From Gemmatimonadaceae bacterium (lineage in GTDB: Bacteria; Gemmatimonadota; Gemmatimonadetes; Gemmatimonadales; Gemmatimonadaceae), in NCBI GenBank assembly GCA_040901985.1, contig JBBDYC010000009.1:184634-248633 (forward strand): a stretch of DNA of 64,000 nt, written 5' to 3'. Position numbers and translations under genes: made by a program. Shown here piece after piece: positions 22,351-31,722 of the stretch (the first letter of the stretch is position 1; each line of letters begins with the position of its first letter). The notes below the pieces were generated by a model. It did no database searches and had not been told where the DNA came from. It worked only from the letters and a program-made list of their open reading frames with translations.

Positions 22351-22662
22351 TCAGTACGACGGGGCGAACGCGTGCGTCGGGTCGACCTGCTGATGGAGCT
22401 GCACGAAGAACTTCTTCACGTTTCGGTCCAGCCGGCTCTCCCCGGGCTGGTCCGAGTGGGCCTCGACGAACGTGTAGTGCCCGCCTTCCATCCGGACGGT
22501 GACGTCGAGCCGCGACGCGACGTCGGGCTCGCCGACGCTGCCGCGGTAGGTCCGCGCGCCCGGACCCTCGCCCGCCGGCAGCATGCCGATGGTCGGGAAA
22601 AACGCGTCGGCGGTGGCGAGCACGGCGTCGGGGTGGAGCGAGGTGCGGTGAAAGTGTCGCAT
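22351..22662 (-). CDS. Hypothetical protein (103 aa)
   Basis: ATG ORF with protein-like composition, co-oriented with neighbours. Confidence 0.7.
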   Translation of the reverse strand: MRHFHRTSLHPDAVLATADAFFPTIGMLPAGEGPGARTYRGSVGEPDVASRLDVTVRMEGGHYTFVEAHSDQPGESRLDRNVKKFFVQLHQQVDPTHAFAPSY

Positions 22663-22689
22663 CGGCGGGAGTGGAATGAAGGCTACGGA

Positions 22690-23127
22690 TCAGGCCCCGG
22701 GCGGGGCCTCGTTGAGGACGGCCTGGCGCCAGTCGAGCGTGCGCTGAAGTGCCTGGGTGGAATCCCGGCGGAACTGCACGCCCATCGCCCACTCGCCGGC
22801 AGCCACGAAGATGATCGTGGTGCGGTAGGTGCCCACCTCGGGCCCGTAGGTAAAGCCGTTCCAGACCGTCTTCCGGTCGGCGTTGGTCGCGAAGATGCGC
22901 CCCTCACCGTCGGCAATCGGTTCGCGCGTCTCCTTGTCCCGCACGACCACCGTGTACGTGATCCGCTCAAGCGAGCGCGGCGGTGTCACGTCGGAGGTCA
23001 CGCGGATCTCGAAATCCTCGGTCCAGAGGCGGATGACCCCGGCGTCGGGCGACGGGCCGCAGCTCAGGAGGGCACCCGCAAGGACGACGGCTGCGGCGCC
23101 GAGCGTGCGATGCCGACGATGGGACAT
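22690..23127 (-). CDS. Hypothetical lipoprotein, Ig-like/YtkA-FixH-like
   Basis: Lipobox LLSC; GTY...F...GEW pattern. Confidence 0.65.
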   Translation of the reverse strand: MSHRRHRTLGAAAVVLAGALLSCGPSPDAGVIRLWTEDFEIRVTSDVTPPRSLERITYTVVVRDKETREPIADGEGRIFATNADRKTVWNGFTYGPEVGTYRTTIIFVAAGEWAMGVQFRRDSTQALQRTLDWRQAVLNEAPPGA

Positions 23128-23220
23128 GAAGTGGCCTCCGGACCGGGGATTTCAGGGCGCCTGCGTGCGACCGTGCATCCACAGAAGCATACACGTTCGG
23201 CCCGGTCCGAGCGAACCGGA

Positions 23221-24531
23221 TCAGCGGTACAGCAGATAGGGCCGGACGCGCAGTTGGAACGCGTGCACGTCGGCCAGCATCCGGTCAATCACCTCGTCCG
23301 GGTCGCGCCCCTCGAGCAGCGTGGCGCGCGCCTCCGGCGAGCCGAACCGCAGGTCGAACCCGCGCGCGTTGATGACGAGCGAGTCCGGCGCCGCTTGCCC
23401 CACCGCCCAGAGGATCGCCGCCCCGAGTCGCGCCACCTGGACGCGGTCGCGGTCCTCGACCACGATCCGGACTCCCGGGATTTCCCTGCCACCGTGCTTC
23501 CCGTCCGTGGGCGACCGCGGGGTGAACCGTTCCGCCTGGAACCGGACACCGGACAGTCCGCGGTCATTGAGCATCCCGGCCACGCGCTCGGCGTCGAGCC
23601 ACGGCGCGCCGAAACGCTGGAAGGGCAGCGACGTGCCGCGCCCGACCGAGAGGTTGCTGCGCTCGAACGCCACGAGCGCCGGATACACCAGCGCGCTCGT
23701 GGTCGAGACCATCGCCGGTGACGGGACGACCCACGGGAGGCGGCTCTCCTCCCACCACATCTCCCGCCGCCAGCCGGCCGCCGGCATCACGTGCAGCCGC
23801 ACCGGGATCGCCAGCTCGGCGGCAAAGAGGCGCGCGAGCTCACCCATCGTCATACCGTGGCGGAGTGGCGCCGGATATAATGCATAGGCCTGCCCGGGGC
23901 GCTCGGCCGACGGGTCCTCGGCGTTGGCCAACGCGGAATCGAGCAACGGCCCCTCCACCCGTCCCCCGAGCGGATTCGGGCGATCGAGCACGATGAAGGG
24001 TATTCCCACGCGGGCCGCCGCCCGCATTGCGTAGACCATCACGCCCACATACGTCCAGGTGCGCGTCCCTATGTCCTGCAGGTCGAACACCACCGCATCG
24101 AGGTCGCGCAGCAGCGAGTCCGGCGGCGCCCGCGTCGCGGTGGCGTACAGCGAGTGGACCATCAGCCCGGAGCGCCGGTCCAGCTCATCGGGCAGGTCGG
24201 GGCGGTCCGCCGTCCCGCGGATGCCGTGCTCGGGCGAGAAGAGCCGCACGACCGCGATGCCGGCGCGCACGGCGCGCGGGTCGCGCTGGAGCAGCTCCAC
24301 GTCGGAGACGCCGTTGGCGTCCACCCCGGTCTGATTGGTGATGATGGCAATCCGCTTCCCCGCGATGATGGCGAGCGAGTCCTCGATGAGGACCGTGATC
24401 CCCGGCCGCACGGCGTCGGTGCCGCCGCGCCCTCGCGGCTCGTCCTGGGCGCGCGGGGCCTGCGCGCACGCGGCGCACGCCAACGCCACGCTGACCATCG
24501 CCCGCACCCGCTGCTTCCCGTGATCCGTCAC
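23221..24531 (-). CDS. namZ: Exo-beta-N-acetylmuramidase (DUF1343)
   Basis: ITNQTG, FSPEHG, FDLQDIGTR, LDRPNP, RHGMTMGELA, SVGRGT; start uncertain (24531 or 24498). Confidence 0.9.
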   Translation of the reverse strand: MTDHGKQRVRAMVSVALACAACAQAPRAQDEPRGRGGTDAVRPGITVLIEDSLAIIAGKRIAIITNQTGVDANGVSDVELLQRDPRAVRAGIAVVRLFSPEHGIRGTADRPDLPDELDRRSGLMVHSLYATATRAPPDSLLRDLDAVVFDLQDIGTRTWTYVGVMVYAMRAAARVGIPFIVLDRPNPLGGRVEGPLLDSALANAEDPSAERPGQAYALYPAPLRHGMTMGELARLFAAELAIPVRLHVMPAAGWRREMWWEESRLPWVVPSPAMVSTTSALVYPALVAFERSNLSVGRGTSLPFQRFGAPWLDAERVAGMLNDRGLSGVRFQAERFTPRSPTDGKHGGREIPGVRIVVEDRDRVQVARLGAAILWAVGQAAPDSLVINARGFDLRFGSPEARATLLEGRDPDEVIDRMLADVHAFQLRVRPYLLYR

Positions 24532-27462
24532 CCGCTCTCCCGTGCGTTAGTGCCCGCTGCCGGCCTTCTGGCGCTCGCCGCGTGCGCGCTGCCGACCGCC
24601 CGCCCCACCTCGGCGCCCCTGCCCGAAGGCCCGCGCATCGCCGTGCCCTACGCCATCCGCGAGCTCACCCCGTCGCTCACCGACCCACTCCCGGCGGGCG
24701 CCGAGCGATGGATCGAGCGCACCATCGCCGCGATGCCCCTGCGCGACCAGGTCGCGCAGCTGGTGATGGTCTGGGTCCTCGGGGATTATACCAGCACGAG
24801 CGATTCGTCGTTCGTGCTCGCCGCCCAGCGGGTGCAGCGGGACCGCGTCGGCGGCCTGGTGATGTCGCTCGGCTCGCCGATAGAAGTCGCCGAGAAGGTC
24901 AACGCCCTCCAGCGGCTGGCCCCGCTGCCGCTGCTCGTCTCGTCGGACGTCGAGCCGGGACTCGGGCGGCTCGAGGGCGGCGTCTTCGCGCCGGGCGTCC
25001 TCGCCGGCGGGAACGCCACCGTCCTCCCGAGCAATATGGCAATCGGCGCCACGCGCAACATCGAGCACGCCCGCGCCGCCGGCCGCATCACCGGCGAGGA
25101 GTCGCGGGCGATCGGCATCCACCTCGCCTTCGCCCCGACGGTGGACGTGAACAACAATCCCCTGAATCCGGTGATCAACGTCCGGTCGTTCGGCGAGGAT
25201 CCGGCCCTGGTGGCGGCGATGGGCGCGGCGTTCGTGGACGGCGTGCAGTCGGCCGGCGTCGCCGCCACGGTGAAGCACTTTCCCGGGCACGGCGACACCA
25301 ACGTGGACTCGCACCTCGCCCTCCCGGTGATCGGCGTGGACCGCGCCCGGCTCGATGCGATCGAGCTCGTGCCGTTCCGGGCGACGATCGCCGGCGGCGC
25401 GGCGGCAGTGATGAGCGCCCATATTGCGCTCCCCGCGGTGGCCGGCGACTCCACGCCAGCCACCCTGGCACCGACGATCCTCACCGACCTCCTGCGCGAC
25501 TCGCTCGGCTTCCGCGGGGTGGTCGTCACCGACGCGATGGATATGCGGGGGATCGGCGTCGGCTACGGGATGGCCGAGAGCGCGGTCGCCGCTGTGCGCG
25601 CCGGCGCCGACATCCTGCTGATGCCGCCCGACGTGCCGCTCGCGATTGACGCCGTCGTCGCCGCCGTGGAACGCGGCGAGATCGGCGCCGACCGGATTGC
25701 GGCGTCGGTGCGCCGCATCCTCGAGCTGAAGCTGCGTACCGGCGCCATCCAACGGCCAATCGTGCCGCTCGACTCGCTGCGCGAGATCGTCGGACGCACC
25801 GGGAACCGCTCGCGCGCACAGGCCATTGCCGATGACGCGATCACGCTCCTCCGCGACGACGAGCGCCAGCTGCCGCTTCCGACATCCCAACGGACCCTCC
25901 TCCTGACCTTCTCGGGGGAGAATGACATCGCGGCGGGACGCGCCTTCACGGCCGAGCTGCGGAGCGCGATGCTCGACCTCCGGTCGGCTCGCATCACGCC
26001 GTCCACGCCCCGCGCGCGCCTCGACTCCCTGCTCACGAACGGCGATCGGCTCGTCGTCGCGACCTTCGTGCGGACCATCGAGGGCGAGGGTCGGTTCGCC
26101 GTCGGCGAGCACATTGCCCGGTGGATCGACTCGGTGGCGACGCGGCGGCCCGTGACGGTCGTCGCCTTCTCCAATCCGTACGTGCTGCGCGAGTTCCCCT
26201 GGGTCACCGCGTACGTGGCCGCCTTCGGGCGCGGCGAGGCAATTGAACGCGCGGCGGCCCGGGCCGTGGCCGGCCGGATCCCCTTCCGTGGCGTGGCGCC
26301 GATCTCACTCCCCGGATTCTTCGTCGCCGGGGAGGTGCGCACCGCACCGCGTCCGCTCTGGGCGGCCGCCGTCACCGATTCCGTGCGCAGTCTGCTCACC
26401 CGCGCAGTGCGCGACTCGGTCTTCCCCGGCGCGATCGCGATGATCGGCACACGGACCGGCGTGGTCGCCGAGGTGGCGGTCGGGCGGATGGATTGGGACT
26501 CCGCCGCCCCGGTACCCGACACCGGCACGATCTGGGACATCGCCTCGCTCACCAAGGTCGTCGGGATGACCACCGCCGTGATGCAGCTCGTCGAGCAGGG
26601 CCGCGTGGCGCTCGATGCACCGGTGCAGCAGTACCTCCCCGAGTGGCAGGGGCAGTGGAAGGAGCGCGTCACCGTGCGGCGGCTGCTCACGCACAGCTCG
26701 GGACTCCCCGCGTGGCGCGAGCTCTACAAGGAGGTCGAGTCGGCCGAGGAGGCCCGGCAACTGGTGCTCGCCACGCCGCTCGACACCCTCCCCGGCGTCC
26801 GGTACGTGTACTCCGACCTCGGCGCGATCCTGCTCGGGATGATCGTCGAACGCGTGGCCGGCGCGCCACTCGACGCCTACGTGGATCGCCACATCTTCCG
26901 CCCGCTGGGGATGCGCGACACGCGCTATCACCCGCCGCCGGAGGTGATGGACCGCGTGGCGCCGACCGAACGCGACCCGTGGCGGGGCCGCCACCTGCGG
27001 GGCGAGGTGCACGACGAGAACGCCTTCCGGCTCGGCGGCGTCTCGGCGCACGCGGGGCTCTTCAGCACCGCCGCCGACCTCTCGCGCTTCGCCCAGGCGC
27101 TGCTCAACGGCGGGGAACTGGGCGGCGCGCGCATCCTGCGCCCACGCACCCTCGCCGAGTTCACGCGCGTGCAGGACCCGACGCTCTCGCACCGGGCGCT
27201 CGGCTGGGAGACTCCCAACGGCACCAACTCGGCCGGCCGGCGCCTCCGAGCGCCGGCGTTCGGGCACACCGGGTTCACCGGGACGTCCCTCTGGATCGAT
27301 CCGGCCAACGACCTCTTCATCATCCTGCTGACCAACCGGGTGAACCCGAGCCGCGAGAACTCGCGCATCGGCCCGGTGCGCACGACCGTGGCCGACGTGG
27401 CGGCGGACGCGGCCAGCGCGGCCAGCGCGGCCCGCGCGTCCGCGGCCCGGGGCACCCCCTGA
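24520..27462 (+). CDS. Lipoprotein fusion: GH3 beta-N-acetylglucosaminidase (NagZ-like) plus serine hydrolase (AmiE/beta-lactamase fold)
   Basis: Lipobox LAAC; KHFPGHGDTNVDSH and VTDAM; SLTK, YSD, GHTGFTG. Confidence 0.92.
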   Translation: MIRHPLSRALVPAAGLLALAACALPTARPTSAPLPEGPRIAVPYAIRELTPSLTDPLPAGAERWIERTIAAMPLRDQVAQLVMVWVLGDYTSTSDSSFVLAAQRVQRDRVGGLVMSLGSPIEVAEKVNALQRLAPLPLLVSSDVEPGLGRLEGGVFAPGVLAGGNATVLPSNMAIGATRNIEHARAAGRITGEESRAIGIHLAFAPTVDVNNNPLNPVINVRSFGEDPALVAAMGAAFVDGVQSAGVAATVKHFPGHGDTNVDSHLALPVIGVDRARLDAIELVPFRATIAGGAAAVMSAHIALPAVAGDSTPATLAPTILTDLLRDSLGFRGVVVTDAMDMRGIGVGYGMAESAVAAVRAGADILLMPPDVPLAIDAVVAAVERGEIGADRIAASVRRILELKLRTGAIQRPIVPLDSLREIVGRTGNRSRAQAIADDAITLLRDDERQLPLPTSQRTLLLTFSGENDIAAGRAFTAELRSAMLDLRSARITPSTPRARLDSLLTNGDRLVVATFVRTIEGEGRFAVGEHIARWIDSVATRRPVTVVAFSNPYVLREFPWVTAYVAAFGRGEAIERAAARAVAGRIPFRGVAPISLPGFFVAGEVRTAPRPLWAAAVTDSVRSLLTRAVRDSVFPGAIAMIGTRTGVVAEVAVGRMDWDSAAPVPDTGTIWDIASLTKVVGMTTAVMQLVEQGRVALDAPVQQYLPEWQGQWKERVTVRRLLTHSSGLPAWRELYKEVESAEEARQLVLATPLDTLPGVRYVYSDLGAILLGMIVERVAGAPLDAYVDRHIFRPLGMRDTRYHPPPEVMDRVAPTERDPWRGRHLRGEVHDENAFRLGGVSAHAGLFSTAADLSRFAQALLNGGELGGARILRPRTLAEFTRVQDPTLSHRALGWETPNGTNSAGRRLRAPAFGHTGFTGTSLWIDPANDLFIILLTNRVNPSRENSRIGPVRTTVADVAADAASAASAARASAARGTP

Positions 27463-27463
27463 C

Positions 27464-27491
27464 TTGTCCCGGGAACCCCGAACCCTATATT
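27464..27491 (+). promoter_or_regulatory. Putative promoter for erpA
   Basis: TTGTCC-16 nt-TATATT. Confidence 0.5.
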
Positions 27492-27546
27492 CAGGAATGG
27501 AGTGGTCGGCCCTTAGGTGGCGGCCCGCGAACCCTCGGAGGACCTG

Positions 27547-27903
27547 ATGAGCACAATGAACACGCCCGAGGTTGCCGTGACGATCACGGCGGCCGCCAGC
27601 GTTGAAGTGCAGAAGTTCATGGCGGCGGAGAATGTCGCGCCGGAAGTCGGCGGGCTTCGCGTGAGCGTGCAGCCCGGCGGATGCTCCGGCTTCAAGTACA
27701 GCCTGTTGATCGAGGACAAGCCGGCGGAGGACGATACCGTCCTGCCGCAGGAGGGCTACAACCTCTTCGTGGACCCGTTCTCGATGCAGTACCTGAACGG
27801 CGTCGTCGTGGACTACGTGACGTCGATGCAGGGTTCGGGATTCACCTTCAAGAATCCGAACGCCACCGGCGGATGCGGGTGCGGCAGCAGCTTCTCCGCC
27901 TGA
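27547..27903 (+). CDS. erpA: A-type Fe-S cluster carrier (ErpA/IscA/HesB)
   Basis: GGCSGFKY, NPNATGGCGCGSSF; GGAGG RBS. Confidence 0.93.
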   Translation: MSTMNTPEVAVTITAAASVEVQKFMAAENVAPEVGGLRVSVQPGGCSGFKYSLLIEDKPAEDDTVLPQEGYNLFVDPFSMQYLNGVVVDYVTSMQGSGFTFKNPNATGGCGCGSSFSA

Positions 27904-27924
27904 GGTGCACGCGGTAGATTCGTT

Positions 27925-27958
27925 GACGGGCGTCCTCGCGGGCGCCCGTTCTGTTTTC
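27925..27958 (+). terminator. Intrinsic terminator after erpA
   Basis: GACGGGCGTCC-TCGC-GGGCGCCCGTT followed by CTGTTTT. Confidence 0.75.
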
Positions 27959-27975
27959 TCCCCCTCCGCGCCGAG

Positions 27976-29454
27976 ATGACCGAGACCGCGAACGCGTTTA
28001 CCGGCCTCGACTGGCTGGTCCTGGCCGTCTACCTCGCCGGCACCACCGCGCTGGGGGTCTGGCTGGGCCGCGGCCAGAAGGACGCGCGCGACTACTTCGT
28101 GGCTGGCGGGACGATCCCCTGGTGGGCGGTGCTCTTCTCGATCGTCGCCACCGAGACCAGCGCCCTCACCTTCATCAGCATTCCCGGACTCGCCTACCTC
28201 GGCGACTTCACCTTCCTGCAGATCGCCACCGGCTACCTGCTCGGGCGGATCGTCGTCTCCTATACGCTGCTCCCGCGTTATGTGAATGGCGAGCTCGTGA
28301 CCGCCTATGCGCTCCTTGACCGCCGCTTCGGGCTGGGGATGCGGCGGATGGCGACGCTGACGTTCATGGTGACGCGCGCCTTCGGCGATTCGGTCCGGCT
28401 CTTCGCGACCTCGATCCCGGTGGCCCTGATCATCGGGCCGGCGCTTCCGGCGGCGTGGGCAACGCCGGCGGCGATCCTCGTGCTTGGCGTGGTGACGCTC
28501 GTCTATACGTGGCACGGCGGGATGCGCGCGGTGGTCTGGACCGACGTGCTGCAGACGGGCGTCTACCTCCTCGGCGGCGTGGCAGCCCTCGTCCTGATCG
28601 GCCAGGGCGTCGAGGGCGGATGGGGCCGCATCCTCGGCGATGCCGGATCGGCTGGGAAACTCCGGGTGTTCGACCTCTCCCTCGGATTCGATCGGCCGCA
28701 CACGCTCCTCGCCGGGCTCATCGGTGGCGCCTTCCTCTCGATGGCGTCGCACGGCACCGACCAGATCATCGTGCAGCGGCTGCTCGCCTCGGGGTCGCTC
28801 CCCGATGCGCGCCGCGCGCTGATCGGAAGCGGCCTGGCGGTGATCGCGCAGTTCGCGCTCTTCCTCCTGATCGGGGTCGGGCTCTGGGCCTTCTACGAGG
28901 CGCGGGTCTTCCCGGCACCCGACCGGATCTTCCCGACGTTCATCATCAGCGAGATGCCGCCGGTGCTGACCGGCGTCGTGATCGCGGCAATCCTCGCGGC
29001 GGCGATGAGCACCGTCTCGGGGTCGCTCAACGCGCTCGCCGCCGCGACGGTCCACGACCTGTGGGCGCCGCTCCGCGGCGGACTGCCCGATGGGCCGGCG
29101 CAGCTCCGCGCCTCGCGCCTCTTCACCGCCTGCTGGGCGGTCGTGCTCATCGGCGGCGCGCTGCTCTACCGCGCCGAAGGCACGCCGGTCGTCGTCATTG
29201 CCCTGTCCATCGCATCCTTCACCTACGGCGGCTTGCTCGGCGGCTTCTTCCTGGCGATGCTCTGGCCACGGGCCCGGCAACGCGATGCGATGCTCGGAAT
29301 GGGCGTCGGGATGGCGACGATGACGTTCGTCGTCTTCACGAAGTTCGGCGGAATCGCCTGGCCCTGGTACGTTCTGATCGGCACGGCCATCACCTGCACG
29401 GTCGGCGTCCTCTCGTCCCTCACCCACGGCGCGCACTCGTCGCGCGCCGCCTGA
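27976..29454 (+). CDS. Sodium:solute symporter (SSS family)
   Basis: DYFVAG, SIVATETSALTF, GGMRAVVWTD, GTDQIIVQR, AAAMST. Confidence 0.93.
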   Translation: MTETANAFTGLDWLVLAVYLAGTTALGVWLGRGQKDARDYFVAGGTIPWWAVLFSIVATETSALTFISIPGLAYLGDFTFLQIATGYLLGRIVVSYTLLPRYVNGELVTAYALLDRRFGLGMRRMATLTFMVTRAFGDSVRLFATSIPVALIIGPALPAAWATPAAILVLGVVTLVYTWHGGMRAVVWTDVLQTGVYLLGGVAALVLIGQGVEGGWGRILGDAGSAGKLRVFDLSLGFDRPHTLLAGLIGGAFLSMASHGTDQIIVQRLLASGSLPDARRALIGSGLAVIAQFALFLLIGVGLWAFYEARVFPAPDRIFPTFIISEMPPVLTGVVIAAILAAAMSTVSGSLNALAAATVHDLWAPLRGGLPDGPAQLRASRLFTACWAVVLIGGALLYRAEGTPVVVIALSIASFTYGGLLGGFFLAMLWPRARQRDAMLGMGVGMATMTFVVFTKFGGIAWPWYVLIGTAITCTVGVLSSLTHGAHSSRAA

Positions 29455-29468
29455 CCGGAACTCGCGCA

Positions 29469-30392
29469 ATGTCCCAAATCGTCGTCGGTGTGGATGGTGG
29501 AGGCAGCAAGACCCACGTGATCGTCGCCGACAGGCGGGGCAAGGAACTCGCGTCCCTGACCGGCGACGGCAGCGCCGTGGTCCCCGGCGAGGCGTTGGCG
29601 TCGGCCGAGGTGATCAGCCAGTTGGTGCGCGATGCGCTGACGGTAGCCGAGATCGCCGAGCGGCCGCGCGCCCTCGTCGTGGGGGTGGCCGGCGTGGGAC
29701 GCGAGCAGGAGCGGAACGCCCTCCTCCGTGCGCTCCGGGGCGAGGGAATCGCCGAAGAGGTCCAGGTGGTGGCCGATGCGGAAGTCGCGTCGGTGGACGC
29801 GTTCGGCGACGGTCCGGGGATCCTGTTGATCGCGGGGACCGGCTCGGTGGCGTTCGGCCGCAGCCCGACCGGCGTCTTTCGGCGGTGCGGCGGCTGGGGA
29901 CCGGTCTGCGGGGACGAGGGAAGCGGCGCCTGGATCGGGCGTCGGGCGCTCAGCGTGGTGACGTCATCGCACGACGAGCGGGAGCCGGAGACGCGGCTGG
30001 TGGGCGCGCTGCTCACCGCACTCGAGCTGCAGGACGTGGACGGGCTGGTCGGCTGGGCCGCGGCGGCGACGCCCAAGGACCTCGCCGCGCTCGCGGTCCA
30101 CGTCGTGGCGCTGGCGGCGGACCGCGACCTCCGCGCGAACTCGATCTGCACGCTCGCCGCCGAGGAACTGGTGCTCCACGTCCGGACGCTCGCCCGCCAG
30201 CTCTTCACCGACGAACGCGCCGACATCCCGGTGGCGCTCGCCGGCGGGATGCTGCAGCGCGGCTCCTTTCTGCGACGCCTCGTCGAGCAGCGACTGAAGA
30301 GCGCCGTCCCGGGCTCGCACCTGCACGCCGAGGACGTCGTGCCGGCGCGGGGGGCGGTGGCGATCGCGCTGAGGGTCCCCGCCGTCGCCTAG
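29469..30392 (+). CDS. BadF/BadG/BcrA/BcrD-type N-acetylglucosamine/MurNAc kinase (MurK-like)
   Basis: GVDGGGSKT, IAGTGS, GGWG...GDEGSGAWIG; start trimmed from ORF 28455. Confidence 0.88.
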   Translation: MSQIVVGVDGGGSKTHVIVADRRGKELASLTGDGSAVVPGEALASAEVISQLVRDALTVAEIAERPRALVVGVAGVGREQERNALLRALRGEGIAEEVQVVADAEVASVDAFGDGPGILLIAGTGSVAFGRSPTGVFRRCGGWGPVCGDEGSGAWIGRRALSVVTSSHDEREPETRLVGALLTALELQDVDGLVGWAAAATPKDLAALAVHVVALAADRDLRANSICTLAAEELVLHVRTLARQLFTDERADIPVALAGGMLQRGSFLRRLVEQRLKSAVPGSHLHAEDVVPARGAVAIALRVPAVA

Positions 30393-30393
30393 G

Positions 30394-31722
30394 CTAGACG
30401 GCGGTCGGGATCTCCGCCGGCACCATTGACGCATCCCAGACGCCCTCGCTCTTCCCGATGAACATCGCCGCGGTGAAGTCGCCGCAGACATTCACCACGG
30501 TGCGCGTCATATCGAGGATGCGGTCCACGCCGAGCACGATCGCGATCCCCTCGCCCGGCACGCCGAGCATCGCGAGGATGCCGACGAGGAGCGGGATCGA
30601 GCCGCCAGGGACGCCCGCCGCGCCGACCGCCGTGATCACGGTCATCACAATCACGATCATCATCCCGCCAAGCGACAGCTCCACGCCGAACACCTGGCAG
30701 AGAAAGATGACCGTCACGCCCTCGAAGATGGATGTGCCGTTCATGCACATCGTCGCGCCGAGGGGGTGCACGAAGCCGGCGATCTTGGGCGGGACGCCGA
30801 GGTTGTCCTGCGATGCCTTGATGGCCGCCGGCAGGGTCGCCGCGCTCGAACTCGTGGAGAACGCCGTGATGAGCGCCCCCTTGACCCGCGAGAACACGAG
30901 CAGCGGGCTGACGCCGATCACGAAGCGCATGATCAGCGACAGGTTGACGAACATGTGCACGAGCAGGGCCACGATCACGACGACGACAAAGCCGCCGAGG
31001 GGCCGGAGGAGGGTGTAGCCGAACCGCGACGTGACGCCGAAGATGAGTCCCGCCACGCCGTAGGGCGCCAGCTTCATCGCGATCCCGACGATGACGATCA
31101 CCACGTCGTTGATCGCCTGCAGGATGTCAAGCATCGGTTTGGCGGTCGCCGGCTTGATCTGCGTGAGCGCGGCGCCGAACATCAGGCCGAAGAAGATGAT
31201 CCCCAGCATGTCCCCGTCGGCGGCGGACTTCACCGGATTGCGGGTGACGATGTTCACGAAGGTGTTGATGCCGAATCCCCCGGTCTCCTGGGCCGCGATC
31301 GTCCCGGCCGCGTCGTCGGCGTAGGTCGCCATCAGCTCGGTCTTCACCTCGGCCGGGATCCCCGCGCCCGGCTTGACGATGCTGACCATGATCAGCCCGA
31401 AGGCCGCGGCGAGGAACGTCGTGGCGAGGAAGTAGCTGAGTGTCTTCGTGCCGACCTGGCCCACCTTCTTGAGGTCGCCGAGCCCGGCGACGCCAAGGGC
31501 GATGGACGAGAAGACGAGCGGCATCACGATCATGAAGAGGAGCCGCAGGAAGATCTGCCCCACCGGGCCGGCGAGATACGCGTTCACCCAGACCACACGG
31601 GTGTGCTCGCCGCCGAGGGTGAGGTTCGCCGCGATCCCCGCCGCCGCGCCGACCACCAGCGCGAGGAGGATCTTCGTGTGCAGCTTCATCCCCTTCCCGG
31701 GGCCACCGATGGATGCCGACAT
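30394..31722 (-). CDS. Dicarboxylate/amino acid:cation symporter (GltP family)
   Basis: AFSTSSSAATLP, GATMCMNGT, GAAGVPGG, GVDRILDM. Confidence 0.93.
   Translation of the reverse strand: MSASIGGPGKGMKLHTKILLALVVGAAAGIAANLTLGGEHTRVVWVNAYLAGPVGQIFLRLLFMIVMPLVFSSIALGVAGLGDLKKVGQVGTKTLSYFLATTFLAAAFGLIMVSIVKPGAGIPAEVKTELMATYADDAAGTIAAQETGGFGINTFVNIVTRNPVKSAADGDMLGIIFFGLMFGAALTQIKPATAKPMLDILQAINDVVIVIVGIAMKLAPYGVAGLIFGVTSRFGYTLLRPLGGFVVVVIVALLVHMFVNLSLIMRFVIGVSPLLVFSRVKGALITAFSTSSSAATLPAAIKASQDNLGVPPKIAGFVHPLGATMCMNGTSIFEGVTVIFLCQVFGVELSLGGMMIVIVMTVITAVGAAGVPGGSIPLLVGILAMLGVPGEGIAIVLGVDRILDMTRTVVNVCGDFTAAMFIGKSEGVWDASMVPAEIPTAV

Noticed and set aside
26380..27462. Beta-lactamase resistance gene
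   Set aside because: The SxxK domain is fused to GH3 in a peptidoglycan-recycling context, so an AmiE-like amidase/esterase is more likely.
26305..29469. 1054-aa minus-strand ORF
   Set aside because: Shadow of three well-supported plus-strand genes; Arg-rich with no motifs.
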